Shown: positions 44,701 to 57,547 of the stretch, piece after piece
Position numbering within the stretch: the first letter of the stretch is position 1
Layout of the letters: every line of letters begins with the position of its first letter
Origin: Eledone cirrhosa
Taxonomy: Eukaryota
Assembly: GCA_964016885.1 (NCBI GenBank)
Contig: OZ024761.1
Span: forward strand, 17,050,001-17,114,000
Direction of reading: 5' to 3'
DNA: 64,000 nt
Position numbers and translations under genes: made by a program
The notes under the pieces: model-generated
What the model saw: only the letters and a program-made list of their open reading frames with translations
What the model was told of the DNA's origin: nothing
The model's database searches: none

Positions 44701-46649
44701 GCCGCTTGGCGGGCGTCTGGTAAAGTGGTGGTAGTGTAGGTTCGAGCGGAGGGGAAACTAAAAAGGTGGCTTCGAGATGATCGTGGCCCCGGGTAGCCCA
44801 GAAGATAGAGACCAATCTCTTAAATAAAAAAAATTAAAATGTTTTAAACTTAAGTAGAAGATAGAAACCCTATCTCCAAATCTATACACACTCAATTGAT
44901 GCATAGATACACCACAACTACCCACACGACCACCTACAGACCAACAATTACGGAGTGAAAATAAACACATTTAAAGCTATTTTATTGTTAGACTAAAAAT
45001 AAGTTTATATATGTAAATATTCAAAAGAAAATCACTTAAGTCTTTATAGTCTAGTGGTAAGACATAGGACTGGGGAATGCCGTGTTTGGATTTCGAATCA
45101 ACTTAAAATATTAATTTTTTTTATCCTCACACTGAAAGGAATTTGCTTGATTTGAACACGTAGTCATACCATTTAAAGCTTTATTTTTCTCTTTCTAGTG
45201 GTAACACAGTCAGCATATAAATAAACGTGATTCACTTCAACACGTTGCCATACCATTTAAAACTTTATTTGGAGATGAGACAAAGACACATAAATACACC
45301 AAGTAGTAAACCCTTGATTTAACTTACTATGAAGATGAAGAATGTCTTAATATGAAAGTGACGTTAAATTTAGGGGCCACTTTCATTGTTTTTAATTTAC
45401 AGAAACTCCTTAATATAATACAATGTACAAGATATATATATCAGAAGGAATATTTTTTATTTTCTTGTTCCGTCAAACCTTGCGTTTATTCTACACACAC
45501 ACACACGTCGAAACACTTGCTTGAGGTGGCTTTCTTAGACATAATGAAAAGTGTTGGCTTTGTGGAGATTGATACAACTTTGGGTGATGTTACGAGGAGG
45601 GGCAAGGCTATGGAGAGTGTCTTAGTGGAAGAGATGATATCAGAGCAGTAACCTCCAAAGAGATGAAATTAGTGACTGAGATGCTATCATTGCATAGTTA
45701 AGAATATATATAACAAACATATACTATAAATTTAACAAGTCAAACTACAGTTATACTCTAACACGGAAGACAAATAAAACTTTACCTCTATCATGCACGT
45801 CGTATCCAGTGTGTTGTTATAAGAAAACCGGTGAAACACTAAATATGCCACCAGTGTAGCGATTTTATACTCTCTCTGCTTCATCGTACCACCCAGTAAC
45901 ATGAAACTGTGTTCAAATCCCTGGGTGGTAGAATTACGTCGCTTTAAAATAAACACACTGGGGTCAGTTTGAATATTGATTTCATGTGAAAAATATAAAC
46001 ATATTATGATTGTACTCCGAACTATCAATATTGAAACAATTCTAATGCGCCAATAAAATTTATATATATATACAGCAACAGTGTTTTCGATCTTTCTTAC
46101 TTTTTTTATTCACATTCTACAGTCACTTTAACTCTGTAATAAAAGCCAACACGAGACGAACGTTAACTGCAGTTACCCACGAAATTAACGCACACACAAA
46201 TGAATATACTACCAAAATGTATTTAAAATAAAAAAATAAATACTTAAATTCAATGTATGTATAATTACACATACAATATGTTTTGTTGTAAAACCCTAAA
46301 TAATCATTTAAGAAATGATGTCAATCTCTTTGTACATATATAAACATTAATTTATGTATATGCATTGTGTGTGCGTATATACTCCATTTAAGACAGCGAA
46401 AAAGCCAGTACCTCCTTCGAAGAATGCCAAATAGTTTATGCCTAGGGATACCGGTGTAACACTAATTAAGTTACCGGTGTAGATATTTCAGTTGAACCCT
46501 GCTTCAACAAACTACCCGGTAATTTGAAATCGAGTTTAGAGTGAGGGGTGTAAAACAGAATTCTGTTTGGAAAATAGTAAATTCTAAACCTGCTAGAAAT
46601 AGCAGCCAAATGTCGTACTTTGGGTACGAGGTGCGACTCGTCTTACCTC

Positions 46650-46690
<41 letters not shown>

Positions 46691-46988
46691 AGATTCACGG
46701 GTCGCGTCGGAGAGAAACCACAATAAATACAATGTACTCAATAGATTGGCACAGTATATATATATATATATGTGTGTGTGTGTATGTGTACATATAAATA
46801 TGTGTCTGTGTGTGTGTGTATGTATATATATATATGTATAAATGTATATATACATATAAATACTTATATATATACATAAACATATGTATACATACACACA
46901 TATATAGATATATATGTGTATATATATATATATCTGTGTGTCTATTTTTATATATATATATATATATAATTATTAGTTAGGTTCTAAG

Positions 46989-47051
<63 letters not shown>

Positions 47052-47997
47052 TATATTGCTTTCACTGTTATTTCTAGCATAAAAAGAAAAACCGGAAGGG
47101 GAGAACATTGAAAAACTTCTTCTTTTTCCCTCCTCTAACTTTTCAAATAAAAGAATATTTTATGTAAACAAAAACGAAATTTTTGCCAAGAAAGATAACT
47201 CTTCGCTGACTTAAATCCAAAATTGTGATGCAAAAAATATTCCGAAATTTTTTGTATCCCAATTTTGGATTTAAGTCAGAGAAGAGTTATCTTTCTTGGC
47301 AAAAATTTCGTTTTTGTTTACATAAAATATTCTTTTGTTTGAAAAGTTAAAGGGGGGGAAAAAGAAGAAGTTTTTCAATTTTCTCCACTACCGGTTTTTT
47401 CTAGTGTATGCTAGAAATAGCAGTCAAAGCAATATATATATATATATATATTGCTTTTTTGTGACAATATATATTGTTGTAACGCTAGATTATTAACAAC
47501 AATATATTATACTTGCTGGCCTATTGGATGCCCCTTCGCATAAAACGCTCACTCGATTTTTATTACATTTTACGTTATTTTGAGATTTATAGGCATTTCT
47601 ATGGACCACCTACAATATTCGCGGTTTTTAACTATTCTCGTAAACCCCACGAATGCCGGGGGGATAACTGTATATGAATATATGGACTAATAATATACAG
47701 CATAATTATACGAATATGCATATACATAGCAATATATATACACTAATATATATACATATTTACACATATATGTACATATATATATAGACACACATGTACA
47801 CACACATATATATATATATATGAATGTATGTATATATGTATACATATATATATATATATGTACATATACATGTGTGTGTAAGTACGTTCTTAGGTATATA
47901 GATATATATTTATACACACATACATATAAATATATATATATGAGTCACGGATTATTACACGTTGGAGAAGGTGAGAGATTTAGCTGTCATTTTTAGC

Positions 47998-48249
47998 ATC
48001 GTTTCTAGATGGTGATAATACATTGTATCTATACTCAGTTATTGATCTACGTAAGTTTACAAACTATCAGATATAGAGAATATTTACTTACATGCATATC
48101 ACCAGCTGTTTTCAAACGCAAATGATTGCTTTTGAAAACAGCTGGTGATATGCATGTAAGTAAATATGCTCCCTATCTGATAGTTTGTAAACTTACATAG
48201 ATCAATAACTGACTATAGATACAATGTATTATCACCATCTAGAAACGAT
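47998..48249. repeat. Inverted repeat/palindrome with ~125-bp arms at the array's right boundary
   Basis: atcgtttctagatggtgataatac... pairs with ...gtattatcaccatctagaaacgat with few mismatches; loop at ~48122-48125. Confidence 0.95.
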
Positions 48250-48305
48250 CGTAAAGCAGTGAAGTATATCTCTAATGACTTGATTTTTTATTTCATTGTT
48301 TTAAC

Positions 48306-49742
<1,437 letters not shown>

Positions 49743-49841
49743 TCGTCTTTTGCGCATACTACCGTAACCCATTCAGATGAAACAACTTGTAAGGAATAAA
49801 ATAGGTTGATAAGTATCTTGGTTTCTCCATAATAAATTTCT

Positions 49842-49910
<69 letters not shown>

Positions 49911-49913
49911 TAG

Positions 49914-50025
49914 TATAAAAAAACGAAAAATAAGTGATGCATCTGGACTCAGTTTTTTGCGTGTTACAATTGTAACACGCAATAAACTGAGTCCAGATGA
50001 ATCACTGATTTTTCGTTTTTTTATA
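49914..50025. repeat. Loop-less palindrome with ~55-bp arms next to a TA tract
   Basis: Centre gcgtgttacaa|ttgtaacacgc at 49969/49970; the arms match with ~3 mismatches. Confidence 0.92.
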
Positions 50026-50806
50026 TTATTTACACTCTGCTCTGTATGAATATTGAGTGCTAATTTTGGCATACCACCTATGGAAGCACCATAGCTATCA
50101 TTATACACAGGTATATATAAATATATATATATATGTAAAAGGTAAACAGAAATAACAACACAATCGGTACAGTATATGGAAGGGATATATTAGGTTAACA
50201 TATTTTTCAACATAAATTGTTGTTGGACATGTAGTACAATGCTTTTATCTTAACTGACCAAGAAAATATATAGATATACCGTCCTACCGTAGTAGGCTGC
50301 GTTTGAAGGTAAAAATGCATGTGGCAAAAGAAAAGATGGTCGTCAAATGGAGGAGGAGGGTGGTAGCTCAATGGTTTCCATGGACGTTGGTATGGGCAAC
50401 TTGGACAAGGGTAAAAGGATATTCATGGTGAGCAAAAAGCTTAACCATTGTTTGGGCTACAGAGGATATGATGGGTTTCAAGTAAATAGAGTTGTATATT
50501 GTCAATGTAACAACTACTGAGCAGAGACCATTGTAATAGGAGTATAATATGGAGAAGGGGGAAGAGAGATCATAACTGTGTACCAGAGCCTGTTGGGTAT
50601 CTATGAGAGATTTTAAACTGAATAAACGAGTGGCTTTTCTCTGTATAGAGTCTAGAATTTTATAGCGAGCAATAACCTGACTGTCCCAAATGTGGGAGAA
50701 GTACTTGTTCCATTGTGGGCCTCAATCGAGCTTTGTTAATTGTCAGTAATTTTTGGGGGTGTGAGGAAGATAAGGGCCAGTCATTGTGCTGCAGTGTTAG
50801 CTACGT

Positions 50807-50911
50807 AGCAAAGAATCGCTGCTTTCACCATTAACGGGATATTCTGAAACTAAAAAAGTCTTTTTTAGTTTCAGAAGATCCTGTTAAGGGTGAAAGCAGC
50901 GATTCTTTGCT
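50807..50911. repeat. Palindrome with ~52-bp arms
   Basis: agcaaagaatcgctgctttcacc... pairs with ...ggtgaaagcagcgattctttgct; centre at 50859. Confidence 0.92.
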
Positions 50912-51000
50912 TAAACTTTAATCTGTTATTTTAATAAATATATATATATATATATATATAAAGATGTGAGAAAAACCACAGACCCTCCATCTCAACTCTA

Positions 51001-51037
51001 CTTTTGAAAAGCAGAAGAACTACGAAACCGGTAAAGG
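51001..51037 (+). ncRNA. Minimal hammerhead-ribozyme-like motif (U3-A8 variant, Penelope type)
   Basis: ctt-TTGAAAA-gcag-aagaa-ctac-GAAA-CCGG-TA-aag: core boxes, stem II with one mismatch, palindromic stem III (ACCGGT) and a short stem I. Confidence 0.45.
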
Positions 51038-51493
51038 AACCAAATAAATATATATATATTTTTTTTAAATAAGACTCCAGTTGCATTTTCGATTTCATCT
51101 TTTTTTCTTTATACTTTCACTCATGTAGGACACCTCGGTTATTTTTCATTTTGTAAAAAACCTCACTTTCTAATCAGAATCCAGGAATTCTGTGATGCAA
51201 ATAACCTAACTATCTGTAACACTAACTTTAAAAAATGAGACAATCACTTGGTCACCTATAGATCAGGGGAACATACCAGCCAGGTAGATTATATCCTTAC
51301 CAGATGACATGCTAGAGTGTCTGTTGTAAACACTAAATCCCTCCCCCATGAAGAATGCACCTCCCAACATACTCATAGTAAGCGACCTCATAGTCAGGAC
51401 AAGACGTACTCGACAACAGAGGAGGACTACCCTCAGGAGAAAAATATGGAAGCTAAAGGACCCCACAGCCAGTAATGAATTTAAAAGCATATT

Positions 51494-51919
51494 CATCATC
51501 ATCAGGTCGAGCTTGCTCAGCTTTCTACGACACGTTTCCTCCATCCATCTCTGTCTCTCATAGTGTTTGCTAGTTCTTCCACAGTGCATCCAGTATTGTC
51601 CTCAAGTTGCTTGACGTATGTCTTCTTGGGACAACCAGCGTTTCTTGCTCCATGAGATGGACTCCAAACTGAAAAGGAATTTCTTCAGAGCTGCTGTGGA
51701 GTCTGTGCTTGTTTATGGCTCTATCACTTGGACACTAATGTCGAAATTGGAGAAAAAGCTAGACGGGGCATACACACGTATGCTCCACGCTGCTTTCAAC
51801 GTGTCTTGGAGGGAACACCCAACAAATAGGGATCTCTATGGCAATATACCACCTATCAGCAGGTGAATACGTGGACAGAGACTCAGATTTGCTGGCCACT
51901 GTTGGCGCAGCAAGGAAGA
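51494..51919 (-). mobile_element. Nested 3' fragment of a second RTE-type LINE with 5' inversion and an 11-bp TSD
   Basis: TSD aaaagcatatt at 51483-51493 and 51920-51930. The minus piece encodes HGARNAGCPKKTYVKQLED...RDGWRKRV plus a (GAT)n tail; the plus piece encodes FFRAAVESVLVYGSITWT...RLRFAGHCWRSKEE. Confidence 0.85.
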
Positions 51920-52267
51920 AAAAGCATATTACTTGATGCTTTTGACAGTAAGGAAGAGCAATTAGAGTCGTACAATATAGAGGAACAGTGGGAATTCCTG
52001 AAAGGTAACCTGCTGAAGGTGGCAGATGAAGTCTGTGGCTGGAGCAGACCTATAGGAAGGAGGAGAGTAACGTAGTGGTGGAACAGTAAGGTGGAGGAGT
52101 CAATCAAAGCCAAAAAGCAGGCTTGGAAAGTATGGCAGGATGGGGCAAGTAGAGAAGACTATCAAGTGGCCAGGAGGGAAGCTAGGAGACAAGTGTACTT
52201 CGCAAGAAGGGAAGCAGAGGAAAGAAAGTTCAAGCATGTTCTACAATGCGAGGACTAAAAACGTGAG

Positions 52268-54106
52268 GTGTTCAGCATTGCTAGGCAAGGTGTCAAGGAA
52301 AACCGTGATATTGTCGGGGAGAAGAGTGTCCTTAATGATAATGGTGTACTTGCCATCACTGACGCTGATAAGAAGGTAGCTTGGAAGTGTCACTACGAAA
52401 GGCTACTAAATGAGGAGAATAAATGGGAGAAAGACAGTCTCCCCCACATCGATCCAATAGAGGGACCAGCAGTGCGAGTTGAAGGTAGTATAATAAGTAA
52501 GGCAATCAAAGATATGAAGACGGGTAAGGCGGCTGGGCCTTCGGAAATAGTTGCTGAAATGCTGAAAGCATCTGGAACGGTGGGACACACTATGGTCACT
52601 CAGATAGTAAACCAAGTCATACAGAATGGGGTTTTACCGAAGGACTGGCATAGCAGCATCATCATTAACTGCTACAAGGGTGAAGGTGATGCCCTAGATA
52701 GGGGAAACTATAGAGGCATTAAATTAATTGACCAGGTCATGAAGGTCACAGAAAAAGTAATAGCGCAACTAATCAGAGAGCGAATTGATCTGGATGAAAT
52801 GCAGTTCGGGTTTGTGTCAGGTAAAAGTACCACAGACACTCTTTTCATTGTACGACAACTACAGGAGAAGTACCTAGCTAAAAGTAAAGCCCTCTACTTA
52901 GCTTTTGTTGACTTGGAGAAAGCCTTTGACAGAGTCCCATGCCCCATTATCTGGTGGGCTCTCAGAAAACTAGGTGTTGATGAATGGCTTATGAGAGCTA
53001 TACAAGCCATGTATAAAGAAACAGTCAGCAAGGTTAGAATTAACAACGAATATAGTGAAGAGTTTAGCGTAAAAGTTGGTGTTCATCAGGGCTCCGTCCT
53101 TAGGCCCCTCCTATTTATTATTGCCCTTCAGGCTATAACAGAGGAGTTCAAGACTGGCTGCCTATGGGAACTCCTATACGCTGATGATCTAACACTTATA
53201 GCTGAATCAATGGCTGAACTAGAGAAGAAATTCCAAACATGGAAGCATGGCCTAGAATCAAAAGGCCTTAAAATTAACCTGTCTAAGACTAAAGTTCTAG
53301 TATGTAGGAAGGAAAATAGGGCACTGGTCCCATCTGGGAAATGGCCATGGTCAGTGTGTAGAAAAGGAGTCGGCAGAAGCTCCATTTTATGTCCCAAATG
53401 CAAAGTATGGGTGCATAGAAGATGTAGTGGGATCACAGGTAAGCTAACTAAGAATATAGATTTTATATGTGGCTGATGCTCAGGTGCAATAAGTAGCAGC
53501 AAGTGCCCACAGAATACTAGCCCATTCCATTGCACAGATGGTTCTATAGAAATAGTGGAAACCTTCCGTTACCTGGGTGACAAAATCAGCAGTGGTGGAG
53601 GGTGCTCTGAAAGTACAGTAGCTAGAGTCAGAACGGGATGGAAAAAGTTCAGAGAGCTTATACCACTATTGGCCGCTAAAGGGTTCTCTCTAAAAATGAA
53701 AGGCAGGCTGTATGATGCCTGCATAAGAACAGCAATGTTGCATGGCAGTGAGACCTGGGCATTGTGTGCAGAGGATCTACGCAGACTGGAAAGGAACGAA
53801 GCTTGCATGCTCCGTTGGATGTGTAATAGTAATATACGTGAACGGCAAAGCATAAATGAATTAAGTGAGAAATTAGGAATAAGAGGGATCAGATGTTGTT
53901 TACTCGAGAGAAGACTACGTTGGTATGGTCACGTGATGCGCATGAAAGAAGACAGCTGTATAAAAAAGTGCAGGGCGATCAAGATAGACGGTAGCCACAG
54001 AGTAAGCAGACCCAGAAAAACCTGGGACAACTTGATTCCGACCTCACACACTTACACCTCTCCAAGACAATGTCACTGGACCGAGATCTTTGGTGCAACG
54101 CAGTAA
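52268..54106 (+). pseudogene. RTE reverse transcriptase ORF, split by a premature TGA at 53474-53476
   Basis: ORFs 52268..53476 and 53555..54106 are in the same frame and together give the RT, PHD-like and C-terminal domains. Confidence 0.9.
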
Positions 54107-54827
54107 TACAGAAGAGCCGCCTTACCTAAGTGCAAAGCGAAACCTAGTCAGTAGGCACCTCTTACCAAAATACACCCCCGTCCCACTAACCCCACCCCAT
54201 CCACACCACACCCTTTCGATGTAAAGTTATGTTGGTACCACAACATCCAGTCCTAAATAAATGGTCGTGTAGGTGTCACAACAAAAAAAAACACAGTCCA
54301 CGCTGTAATGTGGCCGTTTAGGTAACACGGTAAAAACCTCCCGGTCCACACTGTAAACGTGGTTGGTGTTAGGTAGGGCATCCAACCGTAGAAAACCCGC
54401 CAGACAGTCCTATACGAGCAAGACAACCAATTTTGCCTCAAGTGGGAAAATTCTCGTCCAAACCCATGCTAGCGTGGAAGATGGACGTTAAACGATGATG
54501 ATGATGATGATGATGATGATATATATATATATATATATATATTTATGCATGTATTTACATAGAAATATATATGTATAGAAAAATATATAAATAAATACAT
54601 ATATCTATGTATACATAGAGATATGTAAAATCCTGTCCGTGACACCAAATGATTTCAAAGCCCAAACCGTTTAATGTTACAGTTAGAATTTTACATATCT
54701 TTATACCTACTCTGCATCTTCCCATGCATTGAGTACTCCCATGATTAGTGGTCTCTCCGGTATCAGCACTGCAAACTCTCTCTCTCTCTCTCTCTCTCAT
54801 ATGTATATATCATCATTTATATATATC

Positions 54828-55175
54828 ATTTCATCATCATTCATCATTCATCATTTTACGTCCGCTTTTCCCTGCTTGCAAGGGTGGGACGGGAACTGAT
54901 TCTGGCTTGATTTCTACAGCTGGATGCCCTTCCTAACACCAACCTCATTTACAGTGAGTGCTGGGTGCTTTTTTGCCATGGCACTTCCACGACCACTTTG
55001 CAGTGGAATGATAGGGACCCCAGTCCCTATCATCTCATTTCTACAGCTGAGTAAACTGGAGCAATGTGAAATAAAGTGTCTTGCTCAAGGAAACAACACA
55101 TCACCTGGTCTGAGAATTGAACTCACAACCTTTTGATTGCAAGGCCAATGCTCTAACCACTAAGCCATGTGCTCC
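54828..55175 (-). mobile_element. tRNA-derived SINE with an RTE-like 3' tail
   Basis: Reverse complement of the 56393-56726 copy, with A/B boxes and a (GAT)n-like tail. Confidence 0.92.
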
Positions 55176-55227
55176 ATATATATATATTATTTTCTGTATC
55201 TATCCTTTGTGACCCTGTCTCTATTTT

Positions 55228-55266
55228 TGTACTCCTGAAGAAGGGCTAAAGCCCAACATATCGAAC
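55228..55266 (+). ncRNA. Degenerate Penelope-type hammerhead motif (paralog at 60652-60690, minus strand)
   Basis: gtactcCTGAAGAagggctaaagccc-aacatatcga; the GAAAC box is damaged in both paralogs. Confidence 0.35.
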
Positions 55267-55335
55267 TTGCTTTCCCCTTTTTCATATAAAGCGTTAAACT
55301 AATAAGACTTTTTGTACCTTTATTGTGTCGTTTAT

Positions 55336-55382
<47 letters not shown>

Positions 55383-55466
55383 AGCACACACAGACACACA
55401 CACTCACATACATATATATAACTTTGGTAGGTTTCGGCCAGTGTCTAACTTATACACACACACACA

Positions 55467-55530
<64 letters not shown>

Positions 55531-55588
55531 GTATATATATATATATAGTTAAAAGAATAGAGGTGTAACACACAAGTTATTATATATC

Positions 55589-55974
55589 GGTAAACGGAAT
55601 AGAAAATGCTGACAAATTGTTCACAGTTGAAAAATGGTTTAATTAGGAATAAAAGAGTATTAGTGATTGTATGGGTTAGTATTCAGTTGTGGTTTTAAGT
55701 TTTTAAGTTTTTACCGGTTGCGCATTTCTAAATGCTTTTCAAAAATAATTTTGAGATAGAGTGTCCATGTTGTTTGCTCTGATCAGAGCAAACAACATGG
55801 ACACTCTATCTCAAAATTATTTTTGAAAAGCATTTAGAAATGCGCAACCGGTAAAAACTTAAAAACTTAAAACCACAACTGAATACTAACCCATACAATC
55901 ACTAATACTCTTTTATTCCTAATTAAATCATTTTTCAACTGTGAACAATTTGTCAGCATTTTCTATTCCGTTTA

Positions 55975-55976
<2 letters not shown>
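55589..55976. repeat. Near-perfect loop-less palindrome with 194-bp arms, flanked by TA repeats
   Basis: Centre ctctga|tcagag at 55782/55783; one mismatch seen between the arms. Confidence 0.97.
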
Positions 55977-56035
<59 letters not shown>

Positions 56036-56102
56036 GTGTATATATATTTATACACACACACACATATATATATAAATGTTTCATTATATTTTAATAGAAA
56101 TT

Positions 56103-56108
56103 TTTATT
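56103..56108 (-). promoter_or_regulatory. Candidate polyadenylation signal AATAAA of the SLC6 gene
   Basis: tttatt on the plus strand, ~50 nt downstream of the TAA stop. Confidence 0.5.
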
Positions 56109-56157
56109 GAAAAAAAACTTGAAGCAATACAGATGATTGATTGAAATCCTCCATGAA

Positions 56158-56307
56158 TTACAATGTAGTAATTTGTATGTATTTTTCTATGACGATATCT
56201 GGAACAAAAGCTTTATTGATCTGAAAGTCTTTCTGGATATTTTCAGGAGCAAGGCAGGATGGACCCCACCTCTCATCAGGCTGGAAGCATTCTTTGAGGG
56301 TCTTTTT
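56158..56307 (-). CDS. SLC6 (Na+/Cl- neurotransmitter/amino-acid symporter) terminal coding exon
   Basis: tttccag acceptor, phase 0; KKTLKECFQPDERWGPSCLAPENIQKDFQINKAFVPDIVIEKYIQITTL*. The P..WGP motif is typical of amino-acid-type SLC6 C-tails. Confidence 0.85.
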   Translation of the reverse strand, partial: KKTLKECFQPDERWGPSCLAPENIQKDFQINKAFVPDIVIEKYIQITTL

Positions 56308-56392
56308 CTGGAAATAAATATAAATATATGAAATATATGAAATAACACATGTGTATTGAGTCAGGCATTTTATATATACATTTTATATATAT

Positions 56393-56726
56393 GGAGGCAC
56401 ATGGCTTAGTGGTTAGAGCATTGGCCTTGCAATCGAAAGGCTGTGAGTTCAATTCTCAGACCGGGTGATGTGTTGTTTCCTTGAGCAAGACACTTTATTT
56501 TACATTGCTCCAGTTTACTCAGCTGTAGAAATGAGATGATAGGGACTAGGGTCCATATCATTCCATTGTAAAGTTGTTGTGGAGGTGCCACGGCAAAAAA
56601 GCACCCAGCACTCACAGTAAATGAGGTTGGTGTTAGGAAGGGCATCCAGCTGTAGAAATCAAGCCAGAATCAGTTCCTGTGCCACCCTTGCAAGCAGGGA
56701 AAAGCGGACGTAAAATGATGATGATG
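56393..56726 (+). mobile_element. tRNA-derived SINE with an RTE-like 3' tail
   Basis: GGAGGCACATGGCTTAGTGGTTAGAGC (A box) and GAGTTCAATTC (B box). The tail ggtgttaggaagggcatccagctgtagaaa...ggacgtaaaatgatgatg matches the RTE 3' end at 54360-54520. Confidence 0.93.
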
Positions 56727-57255
56727 AGAGAGAGAGAGATATGTAGATATGTGCGTACATATAGATCAGAGGTTCTCAAAGTGGGTGCTACTGCCCCTCC
56801 CCAGGGAGTATTGAGAAGGTCCAGGGGGCATCTGGGTTCTAATGAGGTGGTGGGGTTGGCAGTAGTAGAGATGATATAATATATAAACTACTAAAACTCT
56901 GTGATTGCTTGTCTGTAATGTAATACAGCCAAAAGGGCACATAATGGGAAAATACTTTGAAAGGAAGTTGACCCTGAAATGGGAATACAAATGGAATAAA
57001 CCACGTAAATTGGACCATGGGTTCCCTAGATATGGGTACCTTCATAAAGAGAGAGAGAGAGAGAGAGAAAGAGATAGTGGTTGTGAGAGAGTTGATTGAA
57101 AGAGAGAGGGAGAGGAGACAGAGAAGGAAAATGCAAGGAGAGCTGGCGGTGTTGTTGTTGTGTGTATATATATATATATATATGAGTGTGTGTGTATATG
57201 TGTGTGTGTGTCTATGAGCAGTGTATATAGATCACAGACACCCACACATATACAC

Positions 57256-57293
<38 letters not shown>

Positions 57294-57430
57294 TAGAATT
57301 GGAGCTCTGAAATAGCAATATATATATGGATGTATATATAATGTATTTTGCAATACACTTTATGCTTAATTAAAAGCATTTTGAAGACCGTAAGCTATTG
57401 TTTTAAAGTAGTGACAAATTCACTCACTTT

Positions 57431-57523
57431 GATCTCAGCAAACAGGGGAGATAAGCCGACATGACATGTTTCGCTTTTGTTGAAGCTTATCAAGGCCAAC
57501 TACCCCGCCTGTCTACTGAGATC
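57431..57523 (-). ncRNA. Hammerhead-ribozyme candidate (type I, U3-A8 variant) on an extended helix, sense to the SLC6 last intron
   Basis: Minus strand reads ggcc-TTGATAA-gctt-caacaa-aagc-GAA-ACAT-gtc-ATGT-C-ggct, enclosed by gatctcagtagacagg.../...cctgtttgctgagatc. Confidence 0.6.
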
Positions 57524-57547
57524 AATGATGTTATATTCTTATAGAAA

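Larger units (their letters stand above)
1..47998. repeat. Tandem macrosatellite array, ~6.24-6.31 kb unit, ~7.7 copies (continues off the left edge)
   Basis: The same landmark (atgttgaatataagtgtagacg) recurs at 153, 6396, 12640, 18946, ~25191, 31431, 37678 and 43938. Copies differ only by SNPs, small indels and microsatellite length. The last copy is truncated at ~47998 (equivalent to unit position ~4324). Confidence 0.98.
51182..54520 (+). mobile_element. 5'-truncated, inactivated RTE-clade LINE (APE C-terminus, RT, PHD-like Zn finger, (GAT)n tail)
   Basis: APE remnant ...NLTICNTNFKK*..TYRSG..QVDYIL; RT motifs NYRGIKL, QFGF, FVDLEKAFDRV, GVHQGS and LLYADDL (52268-53476); CxxC..WVHRRC finger; C-terminal RRLRWYGHV..RPRKTW. 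In-frame stops at 52073-52075 and 53474-53476; (GAT)n tail at ~54495-54520. Confidence 0.95.

Noticed and set aside
50200-50800. GC-richer stretch that may be a decayed retroelement ORF
   Set aside because: No diagnostic motif could be read by eye; a frameshift-aware protein search is needed.
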